From NCBI GenBank assembly GCA_002633005.1, contig NMRA01000005.1, positions 893,001 through 957,000 on the forward strand: DNA of 64,000 bases, written 5' to 3'. How positions within the stretch are numbered: the first letter of the stretch is position 1; each line of letters opens with the position of its first letter. The stretch comes from Phoronis australis (Eukaryota > Animalia > Phoronida). Below, one piece after another: positions 1-10,955 of the stretch. Position numbers and translations under genes: made by a program. The notes beneath the pieces were generated by a model, which did not search any database, had not been told where the DNA came from, and worked only from the letters and a program-made list of their open reading frames with translations.

Positions 1-1
1 T

Positions 2-461
2 ATTTTCTTCAAATGTCCCCTCATCGAATCCCTGAGAGACTCACTCTTTCGTGCACTCAATGATAACCAATCAGTTGTTAACGCTCTCAATTCTTGTAAT
101 AATATCCCTACTAGAGTTACATTATTACTGAATGGTAGTCCTAACCTTGACTTTGTTCTTAACGAATTCCTCCTAAGCAACGTTAGCAAGTTTTTATATA
201 CCGTTTATCAATATTGTTGCATCTGATTTCCCTACATGAATCTGTAAATATTTTTGTTTTTACATATCTGTAATAGCATGTATAAGTATTGGAATACTTA
301 TTTTAGATACTACTTAATTGTATATATCTCTATGTATATAAGTTTCATTTATGAATTGTTTACAACCCAGATATAATGCTTCGCGGTTTCTGGGTTTGTT
401 ATTATTTCTTTGTATGTTCTGTGTATCCTTCAATAAATATATATCACAGTGAAAAAAAAAA
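2..461 (+). mobile_element. 3' end of a CR1/L2-group LINE (ORF2 C-terminus, 3' UTR stem-loop, poly(A))
   Basis: Open frame 2-226 (IFFKCPLIESLRDSLF...LLLNGSPNLDFVLNEFLLSNVSKFLY...*) resembles LINE ORF2 C-terminal tails; hairpin AACCCAGA(364-371)/TCTGGGTT(389-396), AATAAA 432-437, A-run 452-461. Confidence 0.65.
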
Positions 462-881
462 TTCTAAGGAAACGTTTTGATCATGTGTATGGCTTAGTGG
501 CTAAAATGGACAGTTTCTCAACTGGACAACAGATGTCACTAAAAAGCCATTCAATGAACAGTTATCTTTTCAGCAATTAAAACACTCGACATAAGCTTAC
601 AACTTTGACTATCAGAGAACAACATGTAAAAGCTTATAGCATTCAGCATTTATATAATAAGTTACTTGAACATATTTTGAAAAAGCAAAAAAGGGCACAC
701 AGGTCTTTTGTAGGCCCAGTTTAGTACACCATTTGTAACATATATAGATATCCTGCTGTAAACCTTGTGCAAGAACAGAGTAAACTGCTGTACAAGAACT
801 TTGAGGTTACCTGTGTTCCGGTTGATTTTGTTTTGATGAATACACTGTTGCTTTGTTGTATTATATATTCATTGAAAATGT

Positions 882-1314
882 CATGCTGAGAAATCCATTA
901 GGATTAAAAGTCTCATAAGAATTTCTGTAGGTTTCATAAAGAATACCAAAAGGATCCTACAGGATTCCTATAGGCTATTGGGCCAAAATCCAATTGGATT
1001 CTATAGGATTTCGTATAGGATTCCTATAAGATCCTAGAGGATTTCTATAGGATCCAATAGAAAATCCTATAAGATTTCCTATAGGATCCTATAGGATTCC
1101 TATAGGATCCAACAAGACATCCTATAGGATTTCCTATAGGATATTGGGTCAAAATCCAATTGGATTCCTATTGGATCCTATAGGATTCCTATAGGATATT
1201 GGGCCAAAATCCAGTTGGATTCCTATTGGATCCTATTGGATTTCCTATAGGAATTCCTATAGGATTTCCTATAGGAATCCAAATAGGAAATCCTAATGGA
1301 ATTTTTCGCAAGGG
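882..1314. repeat. Foldback/MITE-like element built of palindromic (GGATT)CCTATAGG units
   Basis: Many CCTATAGG-type palindromes at 950-1300; left end GAGAAATCCATTAGGATT matches the reverse complement of right end AATCCTAATGGAATTTTTCGCAAGGG. Confidence 0.7.
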
Positions 1315-1329
1315 CTGCCACGGAAGCTT

Positions 1330-2460
1330 ACAGTGTGTTGCTTTCAACACGGCGTGCTTCCATGACGTTTTTGACCCCTGCAGTTACATCAACTGTAGAA
1401 CGTAGTGAGTTCCTACGCATTTGGTTAAGAATCCCTCTGTGGTTTTCCTTCGTCAGACTTTCCCGTAGAACTGGGATCTTGCAGCTATCAGTGTCATCTC
1501 TCGTGGAGAAACATAAAGCAAGTAAAGTCAGTCTGCAGCCGATGATGAGAGATTCGACAGACCCAATCATTCGTGCAGTGTTACCCAAAGTTCGCTGTGG
1601 TCGTAAATCATCAGCTGCAGAAACAGCCCGAGAATGCCGAGGCGAGCCTTCGAACCAAAGATGTGTAATTGGTGCTAATCATACGAGGCGTGCTGGACTC
1701 GGTTTTTCATCCTACAATTGGTTCAGAAGTGCAAGTACCACCAAATGACTGTCGAGAAGGTCCGCTTCGTTGAGGAAGAGAAAAGATCAGCTACAGCTGT
1801 TTCGCATGCCAAAAGCAGTGTGTGTGGACTACATGGCATGCGGCGATCTAAAGATTACACTGTTTGCGGTGGAACCCCTGTCAGTATCATTTCTCTTACT
1901 CCTACCAACCTGAAACAATGGGGTCTGTCTAACTTGGATTTTTGTAACTGGTGTCACGAAGACCTTGGTCATGTTCTATCAAGCTGTCCGCAATGTCACC
2001 AGATGTTCACCTGGTGCCAGAATCAGGTTCTGGAGGTCCTGTAAGAGTCACCGAATGCTCGTTGTAATGCTGTAAATACAAAACCAGCGAATACGAAGTA
2101 TGAGCCATTAAGATTGCAGTGTGAGGAAAGAGGACGTAGCTGTCATATTTTGTATGTGGAGGTCGGGTGTTGTGGTTGTCGTCTCTATTCGCCCATATTG
2201 AACTCAGTCGGTAATTGTGACATTAGGAAGACCAACAAGAGCCTTCAGTGTGCTACAGAACGAATATCTTGCTGGATTTGCCAGTGGACTAGAGTTAAAA
2301 AATCATGGCTTCAGGCACCCTGACTGACTGTCCAACAGACACTACCCGACGCCAGGGATGGCAGTACCGTCGGTACTCGCCGAAACTGTGTTATCATTGC
2401 CGGTTGGTGGCTGAGGAGGGTAGTGAGGTCTAGCAACTCGCAAGTTGTATGATATATCTT
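1330..2460 (+). mobile_element. Decayed RLE-type (Hero-like, R2 group) non-LTR retrotransposon, 3' part
   Basis: Frameshifted ORF pieces: LQLSVSSLVEKHKASKV...RDSTDPIIRAVLPKVRCGRKSSAAE, RRAGLG, EEEKRSATAV, TPTNLKQWGL...CNWC...LGHVLSSC...FTWCQNQVL (CCHC knuckle) and CEERGRSCHILYVEVGCCG (restriction-like endonuclease tail). Confidence 0.75.
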
Positions 2461-3244
2461 TATCTAGGGTAGGCCTACCCTTACTTACACCCTCGCCCAG
2501 AGTGGGAAAAAATCAGAAGATGTTCTGTTTGTATAACACAGACGTAGGAATCAGAATTTGTGATTTTTACCCACTTAGTAAAAATAAATTGTACTAAGTT
2601 GAAGAAGGATAAGCAGTATATACAAATTTCCAAGAAACGGTGTCAAAGGCCGTTTAAATGTCTACAAACACTAGCATGCAAAAAATATCTTGTTTCTCAG
2701 TAAAATACAGAACATGCCACAATCATCCTGTATTTTCACCAACATATCTTCCAGCAGGGAATCCCTTGATTTTCGTAAATACCCAGCACCATTTTCGTCC
2801 TGTCAGCAATGCATAACCACAAAATCTCATAATTTGCATTCATTAATGTTATCGACCTCCAGTTTCTCAAAAATTCTCCACGATCTATTACGTTTTGGTT
2901 AGTTTCATAACCCTTAGCTGTTACTGATGGGACAAAAGATAACGTCTCTCAAAGCTGCACAGATATGATCGAACTAAAATGGTTGAAGAATTTATTGAAT
3001 TCAAAGATGAAACCATCGCAAGAGACACGTTAGCCTCAACGGAATACACATCACCCCTCCCCCGCGCTTACGTGTCAACTATACAGAGCATATGAAAGGC
3101 AACAAAGCCCGTATGGATCAGTGTTAACGCATATATTGTCTGATTTATAACAGTCTTCTGATCTCGATTAGACAAGGCCAGCAAGCTGCCATTATAGACA
3201 CTCTGTCAGGTGAGCTTGATACAACGCAAGTGTGCATATAGAAC

Positions 3245-3533
3245 ATGGATTGTTACGATGACCCTACCTCTACAGATGCTGAGTGGAAAAGTATTCAGCA
3301 GAATACCTTTACGAGATGGGTAAACGAACATTTGAAGCGGGTTAATAAACAAGTCTATGATGTCGAAACCGATTTTTGCGACGGTGTGCTTTTAATCGCT
3401 CTCCTGGAAGTTTTATCCAGGAAAATGATCGACCGATACAACAAGAGGCCTACCTTCCGACCACAAAAGATCGAAAATATTGCCATTGCGTTGAAATTTG
3501 TGGAGGACGAACAAATTAGATTGGTCAACATAG
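3245..3533 (+). CDS. ABD-only filamin paralogue, exon 1 (CH1)
   Basis: MDCYDDPTSTDAEWKSIQQNTFTRWVNEHLK...IRLVNI-G; donor GTAAGA at 3534, phase 1, same position as in the downstream filamin. Confidence 0.92.
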
Positions 3534-3860
3534 GTAAGACTTGAATGCAAGTATGGGTTTGTATAGCTCGTTTGAACTCAATATGTCGATTTGTAGTGCT
3601 ACAATAGTCGGAATACCTCCGTTGTTCCCATGTATCTACATGTATTCAGCACTGAAGACCTACCAAGACAATTTATCTGCCAGATTAAGTATCAACGGGT
3701 GCCACCTGGCCGCAGTTGGGTCTTCTTATAGCTATCTGAAACTAGTTTGATAGTTCTGCATTATATAACTCGGTTTTGTTGTCTGTCGCATATGCTGTGT
3801 TGCCGTTTTCAGAGCATTTATACAGTGTAGGTTCCATCACAAATTGCAATTAAGCCCCTG

Positions 3861-4326
3861 TCTATGGAATTCCAAGCCTGTCAGTCGTGAACTTACGCGT
3901 TCGGGGTTTACAAATTAGCGCGTTAATCTAGGCCTATTTGCATTAAATTACGCGTTAGTTGTGACGTCACCACAGGGATAGAGTTTAGTAGCTGTCTCGC
4001 GGCTACACAAACCTCGCAAAATCGCCTGTTCTCATTTAAAATACACATACGTATCTCGCGAAGTCGTGCTTCTCAGCTAGGTCCTAGCGTGAGATCCTAG
4101 CGTTACTGAAAATTCTACCTGGGTAGATTACTAAGACTTGTACATCAGTAGTAGTAGCAGTCGTAGATACTACTAGGCCAACTGTACAAATTGTTGCAAT
4201 CAACCCATTTTCAGGATGAATGACGTCACAACTAACGCGATGTTTAATAGACGCAAGCTTAGTTAACGTGCTAACGTGTAAAATCCGTACAAATTAACAA
4301 CTGACCAGCTTGGGATTTCATCATAG
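3861..4326. mobile_element. MITE with ~110-bp imperfect terminal inverted repeats
   Basis: CTATGGAATTCCAAGCCTGTCAGT...CGCGTTAGTTGTGACGTCA (3861-3969) mirrored by TGACGTCACAACTAACGCG...ACTGACCAGCTTGGGATTTCATCATAG (4221-4326). Confidence 0.7.
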
Positions 4327-5336
4327 TTACGTATTTTGGCTTTTAAGATTAGTCGTGCGTTCCGCGTACACGTGAGATCCTCGCTCCTAGGCTAGATCCG
4401 ACACATGGCCATGAATTACACTAAGAAGCAAATCAGCTTCCTTTGTAAGATCGTTGCGTCTACGGAACGCAGCACCAACCATCGTATGATCACGTTTTAT
4501 GCAACGACAGGGTTGGTCGAGCAACTTACAATCGATGGCTCTAGTTGTTGTACCACCTCTTGATCTGTCCCGATTAATGATAGGTCTACGTGGTGCGATT
4601 TTTTTGAGCTACGCAGGACCTTATCGACAAGTCTGTGTGTGTATACCAAAGTATCAGCAAAACTATAGATTTGAACACAATAAAGATATATATTTTCCGT
4701 AAGCAGAATTTGATTTTTTCCTTTTAACCAATTAGCCATTCATTGGGTCACGTGACCATGTCTTTTTGTAAGTTATCAAAAAGATAGGTTCACTGGTAGA
4801 AAACAACGATATCAATAACATGACAAAATTTATTTGTCACGAATGTTCAAGATGAAATCCCAAAAACGTTAATTTTCTTAAATTTTCGCTTTGTTTTCCT
4901 TTTTTCAAAAGCAGCTTTTGTCTTTTTCCATGCAACCATTAAAGTCTTATTTTAGTCCATTTTGAGAAAAAGAGACATTTTAAAAGTAATTTCTATAATC
5001 ATTTTAGAGAACAGTGCATAAAGTATATTATCTGAGAGTTCCACAACAATTTGATCTGCTGTTTCTGAGATATGATGTTCCGAAGTAAATTTGGACATTT
5101 TTCTAGGGTTGAAATTAATCTCAGCAAAGACCTGGATATATATTGTTGTCAGGGTTCCGTATCGAACCCAAAAAATGACACTAGTACAATCGCACTCGGC
5201 CATGAATAAACCATCAAGACCATAATTTATGTTTGCACTACAGCGCAGCTTGAGACGCTGTAACAACCGAGTGATGTGGCCGCAACAATGACTGAAAAAG
5301 GAAACAAATCAGAGAAAGAAGGAGACGCCGGGCGTG

Positions 5337-5470
5337 CGTTCAGTAGACGCTAGGACCTACGAGCTAAAACCTAGTAAAAGTCACGTGCTCTCATTTAAAA
5401 TGCATTGCAATATCTCGCGTAATCTCGCGAAGTCTTGCTTTTTAGCGAGATCCTAGCGCGTTACTGAACG
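5337..5470. mobile_element. Short MITE, dispersed family (related copies ~4030-4110 and ~53795-53922)
   Basis: TIR CGTTCAGTA..CGCTAGGA / TCCTAGCG..TACTGAACG; internal CTCATTTAAAAT...TCTCGCGAAGTC.TGCTT..TAGC..G.TCCTAGCGTTACT shared by three loci. Confidence 0.7.
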
Positions 5471-5598
5471 GGAGGCGGTACTATGTCCGTCTAGCGTGTG
5501 GACGTTAGATCATTTCAGGTCAACTGTTTAAACCTCAGGAAGGAACTGGAGACGGAAACACAAGGGTGACTTGTGACATTGTCAATGGCATGCGCCTA

Positions 5599-5908
5599 CA
5601 GTAGCGGAAAGATGCCATAAGGGGGGGGGGGCAACATCCTTGGGGAATTGGTCAAAACGCCGTTGTATGTGCACAGACGGCCCGAAAGTTGCGGGGGTCG
5701 AGGACATACACCTGCTGTTCGGAAAATCTATCGGTAGGCCTAGACTAAAAAAATACGGGAACGTGTTTCCGCGTCTGAGCGCGCCCCTCCCTCCTCCGCT
5801 ACTCCTGATCTCAATATTTCCTCACGCTTTCACGCTGTTGCTGTTTCATTTTGCTTGCAGCAGCCATGCAAGGGGGGCCCTGCCCCCCCCCCCCTAAATC
5901 CGACTACG
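5599..5908. mobile_element. hAT-like non-autonomous element (poly-G/poly-C subterminal type)
   Basis: CAGTAGCGGA...poly-G ... poly-C TAAATCCGACTACG; no TSD recognised. Confidence 0.5.
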
Positions 5909-6244
5909 CATGTTCCACGAACTGACACCCACACTGCCATGCAATGACACCATTCACAGGCGAGCTGTGGAGCCGGGCCTAAAGCAGGCAATCACCTTAC
6001 GATCCATCTGTGGCCACCGCAAGCAGAGACGAGACTTTGTGCTACTCGTTCCGAGTCATTACGGCAAAAGCTCCCTGGAGATCAAGCTAGGAAGTGGCGG
6101 TCGCAACAGTGGCAGAATACGAAGGCGAGGAGTTCTTCCTTACTGCGGGTAGACGGCGCCATTGAGGTATCAATATGTTTCCCTTGTAACTGTAAGTTGC
6201 CTATTTCAAGTACCATGATTACATTTTTTGCTTTACTTGTGCAG

Positions 6245-6493
6245 ACGCTAGCGACATCTTGAAAGGTAATCTAAAACTGATCCTGGGCCTGTTATGGACT
6301 CTTATTCTGAAGTACTCCATCTCTATACCTCTCACGGATGACGACACGACGGATGAAAATAGCAAGCAGACTCCCAAGTCCGCCCTGATGCGTTGGTTAA
6401 ACACCAAGATGCCAGAGAAACCCCTCACCAACTTCATCCGTGACTGGACGGATGGCACTGCCATTGCAGCTTTGGTGAACGCTGTTGCACCAG
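6245..6493 (+). CDS. ABD-only filamin paralogue, exon 2 (end of CH1, start of CH2)
   Basis: Acceptor TGTGCAG at 6244; (D)ASDILKGNLKLILGLLWTLILKYSIS...DWTDGTAIAALVNAVAP; the homologous donor position reads ATGAGT (6494-6499); read-through meets TAG at 6499-6501. Confidence 0.88.
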
Positions 6494-6694
6494 ATGAGTA
6501 GTTCTGATTGCGACAAGCAGCAAAGTCCTGCACCATGTTTAGATCTGGCGAGCTTCGTTGTTTTGGTGACTGCAAATTAGTGAGGGTACTAGACAGCCAC
6601 ACGAGCTTCTAATCATCCACACCAACAACCACAAAAACAACCGAATCCTAATTCGCAAAATGATGACTCGAGTGGGCTTAATTCTTTACCGCAG

Positions 6695-6792
6695 GTTTGT
6701 ATCCCGACTGGAAGAACTGTAAGCGAGAGAATGCTTTGGAGAACGCCAGTAAAGCCATGGAATTGGCTGAGAAGTGGTTGGACATACCACAG
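6695..6792 (+). CDS. ABD-only filamin paralogue, exon 3
   Basis: Acceptor TTTACCGCAG at 6694; (G)LYPDWKNCKRENALENASKAMELAEKWLDIPQ; donor GTAGAT; 98 nt, same length as filamin exon 62140-62237. Confidence 0.9.
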
Positions 6793-7502
6793 GTAGATAT
6801 AGCGTCGTGCTTTCTGTAATCCAGTCACGCGTAGGTGCAGTAATTGCCACATTTGCATTGTTACCAAGAGACTGAACAGCTTATTCGCACCTTCTTTTTG
6901 CTCTTTATTTCCAGAAAATCAGGAAAAATAACGTAAATCATACATGTATGAGATCAGTAGGAAATTTCTGACAGTGCGATTGTCCGTCTTCCTAATAATA
7001 ATTGACAGAACAGTTACCCTCTTTAGCCGCCCTCATGTAGGGGTTATTATAACGTGGACGATTTGGTTATCTATTAGTCTTCTTCTTAAGTATTGTAGAC
7101 AACAGGCCTCAGTACACGCCAAGGTAGTTCTCACTACCTGATGACTTCGAAAATGGGAAAGAACCCGAGTGTTAACCGACCACGCGTAGTTCACTTGTAG
7201 TATCGTATTCAAGGCCTCGTGCACAAAGTGACCCGTCCGTCACGGTCACCGAGCTAGGCCTTTTGGTTTCGTAAAATCGGTCTCTTGTTTTTTCTCACCA
7301 ACACAAGTCATAGGCAATAAATAGACCAACATGGACCGTGTTCAAATTTGTAAGTTTATAGGTTTGGCCTGAACCCCATTAAACTGCGAAGGGGTTTTTC
7401 TGAAACGTTTTCTAGAGTCGCTGACGGTTTCTTCGTTCTCGTTGGTAATTTTTCTCCAAAAAATTTGAGGGTTGTCAAAGTTTACAAAGCATTCATTTTG
7501 TT

Positions 7503-8642
7503 CATAGGCGGATTTAAGGGGGGGGGCCAGGGGGCCNCCCCCCCCCCCTTGGCTGCCGCAAAAAAATAAAACAGTAAGAGCGTGGGGAAATGTTGAGTTT
7601 ATTAATTAACCCCGGCAATTAAAATTATACGGATGAAAAAAGATTTAAATGTGTGCAGTTTTAGTGTTGGGGGGGGGCTCAAATCCAATTTCAAGTGTCA
7701 AATTCGGAACACGGCGCATTCGTAACGGAACTATGGTTAAGTATAGGCTCTCCTGCGATATCCCAGGCGACCGGCAGTGACGCTGCGCACTACAACTCAG
7801 TTTCCGTCGTCTGCTCCACTGTGCAATGAAGAAAATTTAATTCATTTTTAANGGGCTCAAATCCAAATTCAAGTGTCAAATTCGGAACACGGCGCATTCG
7901 TAACCAAACTATGGCTAAGTATAGTCTCCCGCGATATCCCAGGCGACCGGCAGTGGCGCTGCGTACTACGACTCTGTTTCCGTCGTCTGCTCCACTGTGC
8001 AATGAAGAAAATTTACTTCATTTTTTAAAGAAAATGGAATCTGAGTGACGATGAAAAACAGAAGCTGCTGGTAAGATGTGTTTAATCGAAGCCTTAGTGA
8101 ATCACGCGGAAACTCGCAATACTCTCTTTGTCAAACCTTATCTTAAGACGATTTCCAAAGCAATCCCGTCATTATTGCTAACACGAAAAACGGATTTGGT
8201 CTTTTGGGCATTTGAAGACTATTTTAAATACGACAAATTTGTTAAAAATTGATGGCACAAAATATAAAACGTGTAATAAGCATTACAAGAAGCAGTAGGT
8301 TTAGCGCAAACGCTTTAGACCATAAATAAGTAGGTCTCCTAGAAAAGGATGAGAAGTTAAGTCGTGGTGGTGTAGTGGTAATACACGCGCGTTCTATCCG
8401 CCAATCCTCCAGGTCGTGAGTTCGAATCTGTTCGACACGCTCTCCGTTTTTTTTTTTGCCTCTTTTGTCTTCAGGAATCAAGGAAAATGCTTGATTTTTA
8501 GAGGTAAAAACAGAAAAATGTCTTGGGCGGGAGGGGGGCAAACCGACCTCCCCCCACTTCGGTGCTATGCGCATCAACAATTGTGGTTCAGTTTGCGCAA
8601 ATGTTTACAGCCCCCCCTTGTGATATCCTAGATCCGCCACTG
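7503..8642. mobile_element. Non-autonomous DNA transposon with 5-bp TSD (hAT5-like), with internal ~177-bp tandem duplication and tRNA-like segment
   Basis: Ends CATAGGCGGATTTA / TAGATCCGCCACTG, flanked by TTGTT on both sides; duplicated block 7675-7851 / 7853-8028; A box TGGTGTAGTGG and B box GAGTTCGAATC at ~8362-8440. Confidence 0.65.
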
Positions 8643-9082
8643 TTGTTTAGTAATCTGTCAATAGGCCAAACCGGGTTTGGTGTCCTTGTGAGGCAGAGAT
8701 TACGTTTTCAAAACTTAGCATGGCAGACTTGGTTTTCATTTTGAAATAACTGTACAAAATGCAAAACCGATGTAACGGGAGAGTGCCCCGGTTAGTTCAC
8801 TAGGAACCTGCATGTAAGCTCATTGATTGAATGTCGGAATATGAATGGCCGGGTGATCTGTTCAATCTAGCAACTTACTTGAGTGCAAATGGACACTGGA
8901 TTCCTCTACCCTGCCATGTTTTTGAAACTATGTATTCTGTTGGTGTCTCTGGGTACACCCTGAAAAGTTATTTTACACCAGTTCAGTTGAAAGACACAAT
9001 GTTAACTCGATTATCAACTACATCTCTAGTAGTTCACTATTCACCCGCCACTGCTTGACAATGTACAAACACTCACTTGCAG

Positions 9083-9196
9083 ATACTCATGCCAGATGAA
9101 ATGACCAATCCAAACGTGGACGAAATGAGCATAATGACGTACGTATCCCAATTCATCGAGGCCAAGCCGAAGCCGGGCACACCTCTCGGAACATGA
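9083..9196 (+). CDS. ABD-only filamin paralogue, exon 4 (terminal)
   Basis: Acceptor CACTTGCAG at 9082; ILMPDEMTNPNVDEMSIMTYVSQFIEAKPKPGTPLGT*, the end of filamin CH2; TGA 9194-9196; AATAAA at 9647-9652. Confidence 0.88.
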   Translation: MLMPDEMTNPNVDEMSIMTYVSQFIEAKPKPGTPLGT

Positions 9197-9734
9197 ACTA
9201 CGTAACACAGTCAAGGAGTCGTTTTGCACACTGCAAGAGTTTATAAAACCACCTTTGGTCGTCAAAAGAAATCTTCACACATTCAAAAACTCACAGTTTG
9301 GTACTGCCACCAAGTGGACTATGCTCGGCCAGCGCATAAATTGACACCTAGTGGAAAGTCCGCTCACCAGCAATATCAAACCGCCAGTTCGTTTCCAAGC
9401 CCACTAATCGTCCATATTAGGAGTAAAGGTCGAAGTAAAACCACGCAAATAGCAGAAGCTGGGGTGCATTAAATTTAACTTTTACTAATTAAAGACGTGT
9501 TTATACATGTAGCCTCTTTAACCTACTAATTTCCTACTTACCCAAGCTTCAGGAGCAAGCTTCAGGAGAGGATTTAAATTAATTGAATTTTCAGTTTAGA
9601 AATGTGGAGATGGAGGTAACTGGGTGTATGTACTGAATCACTTTTAAATAAAAAATCCACAACTAATGTTTTTTAATGCAATAGCCTTTTAGTTTTGGAT
9701 TCCTAGTTCTCATTTGGTCAAACAAATCCTGAAT

Positions 9735-9965
9735 TTTTATTATTGTTTTTTTTTATTGCAGGCAGTCTGGTACACGTACCAGACACGTGCAAGTCACTCA
9801 GGTGGGCCAATTGCGCTGATCACCTGGAACTATTTTTATGCTTTAATTATAGTTAAAAAACCGGGCTGAAGAGCTAGAAACCCTTCTCAGTGTGCTGCAG
9901 TCAGACTCACGACCTTAAATAAAGGAAGTGGACATTTATCCCACTAGGCCACACTGACTCATCCA
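9735..9965 (-). mobile_element. tRNA-derived SINE-like element
   Basis: On - strand: A-box-like TGGCCTAGTGG, degenerate B box GGTCGTGAGTCTGACT, A-rich tail (T-runs at 9735-9757 on +). Confidence 0.5.
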
Positions 9966-10955
9966 ACACTGTATTTACAAACGAATGTCCCAGAGGATCA
10001 AGTGAAAGGAGAATATAATATACCTTGCAATGTTTGTTAAGATATTATTCATACTTACCAAAACTGGGGCACATGGCCCGGCACCATCCTTGATGAAGTA
10101 TTACAAAGTCTCCAGATAAGTATGAAACTTATTTGAATGAAATTTTGGCACAAAAAGTTAATCTGGCGAGAATTGAGAACGGGTAGGATTCTGTGGCCAC
10201 CTAGTCTTCTTCGAGTGCACTCATTGCTACAAAGTTCCCTAACGTGAATGACAAATGAAATACTGCGAACAATAAAACACATCTCCTTTTACAACACTTG
10301 TTGGTTCTGGCATGGAATATACAAAGAAAAGTACAATTTAATAAGATTAATGGAATTTCACGATTTGCGTCTGGCCGTGTACTCAAGAGATTGTGTCAAA
10401 ATGTTTCTGAATGCTCCGTCCTTCATTTGTTATTTTTTGCAGGACGGTCTACACACCATTTTCTAGTCATTGCTGTAAACTTAACAAAATAAATTCAGCA
10501 AATCGATAGATAATAAATCAATATTAGACAACTAAATTTCCCAAATATCTATTGAAAATGCTATTGCACTATCGAGAGTAAGTTCAAATGAATGTCCAAC
10601 AATGATCTTGATAATTGGACAGTTGGCATCGCTCGGAGTATTGTTAAACTGCTAAGTGTCATGCCATGCATCCAATAAAAACAGTCCGGCAACAGAAAAA
10701 GTTTGCGACAATCACGTTTCCAGTACAGCTGTCTGTGCATAGATCCTTTTTCATGTCACATATCCAAAAGCCACAGCAGAGAGCTTGTTCTCCTCGAAAA
10801 CGATAACCAAATTGACCCTGACACATCTTCACGTTTCGTGCTCCACATCGAACATGACTACAACGGTTGACCATCCAAACTTGATCTCCTGTCAAGGTCA
10901 CATGACGCACGACCTTGCCAAATCAGTTACAGAGCACAACGCATAGCAAGGATCG

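Noticed and set aside
1199-1405. ORF with PIGFPIGI repeats
   Set aside because: By-product of the CCTATAGG palindromic repeat.
6140-6175. Similar GACGGCGC-containing motif upstream of exon 2 in both filamin paralogues (also ~59515-59545)
   Set aside because: Short match, different spacing from the exon, and both lie in repeat-like sequence; not enough to call a conserved intronic element.
6494-6694. U12-type (AT-AC class) intron
   Set aside because: Donor is ATGAGT, not ATATCCT; acceptor is a normal CAG with a pyrimidine tract; the homologous intron in filamin is GT-AG.
7122-7165. Hammerhead-like CTGATGA...GAAA with an upstream hairpin
   Set aside because: No stem II (only CTTC between the boxes) and no NUH cleavage triplet before stem I.
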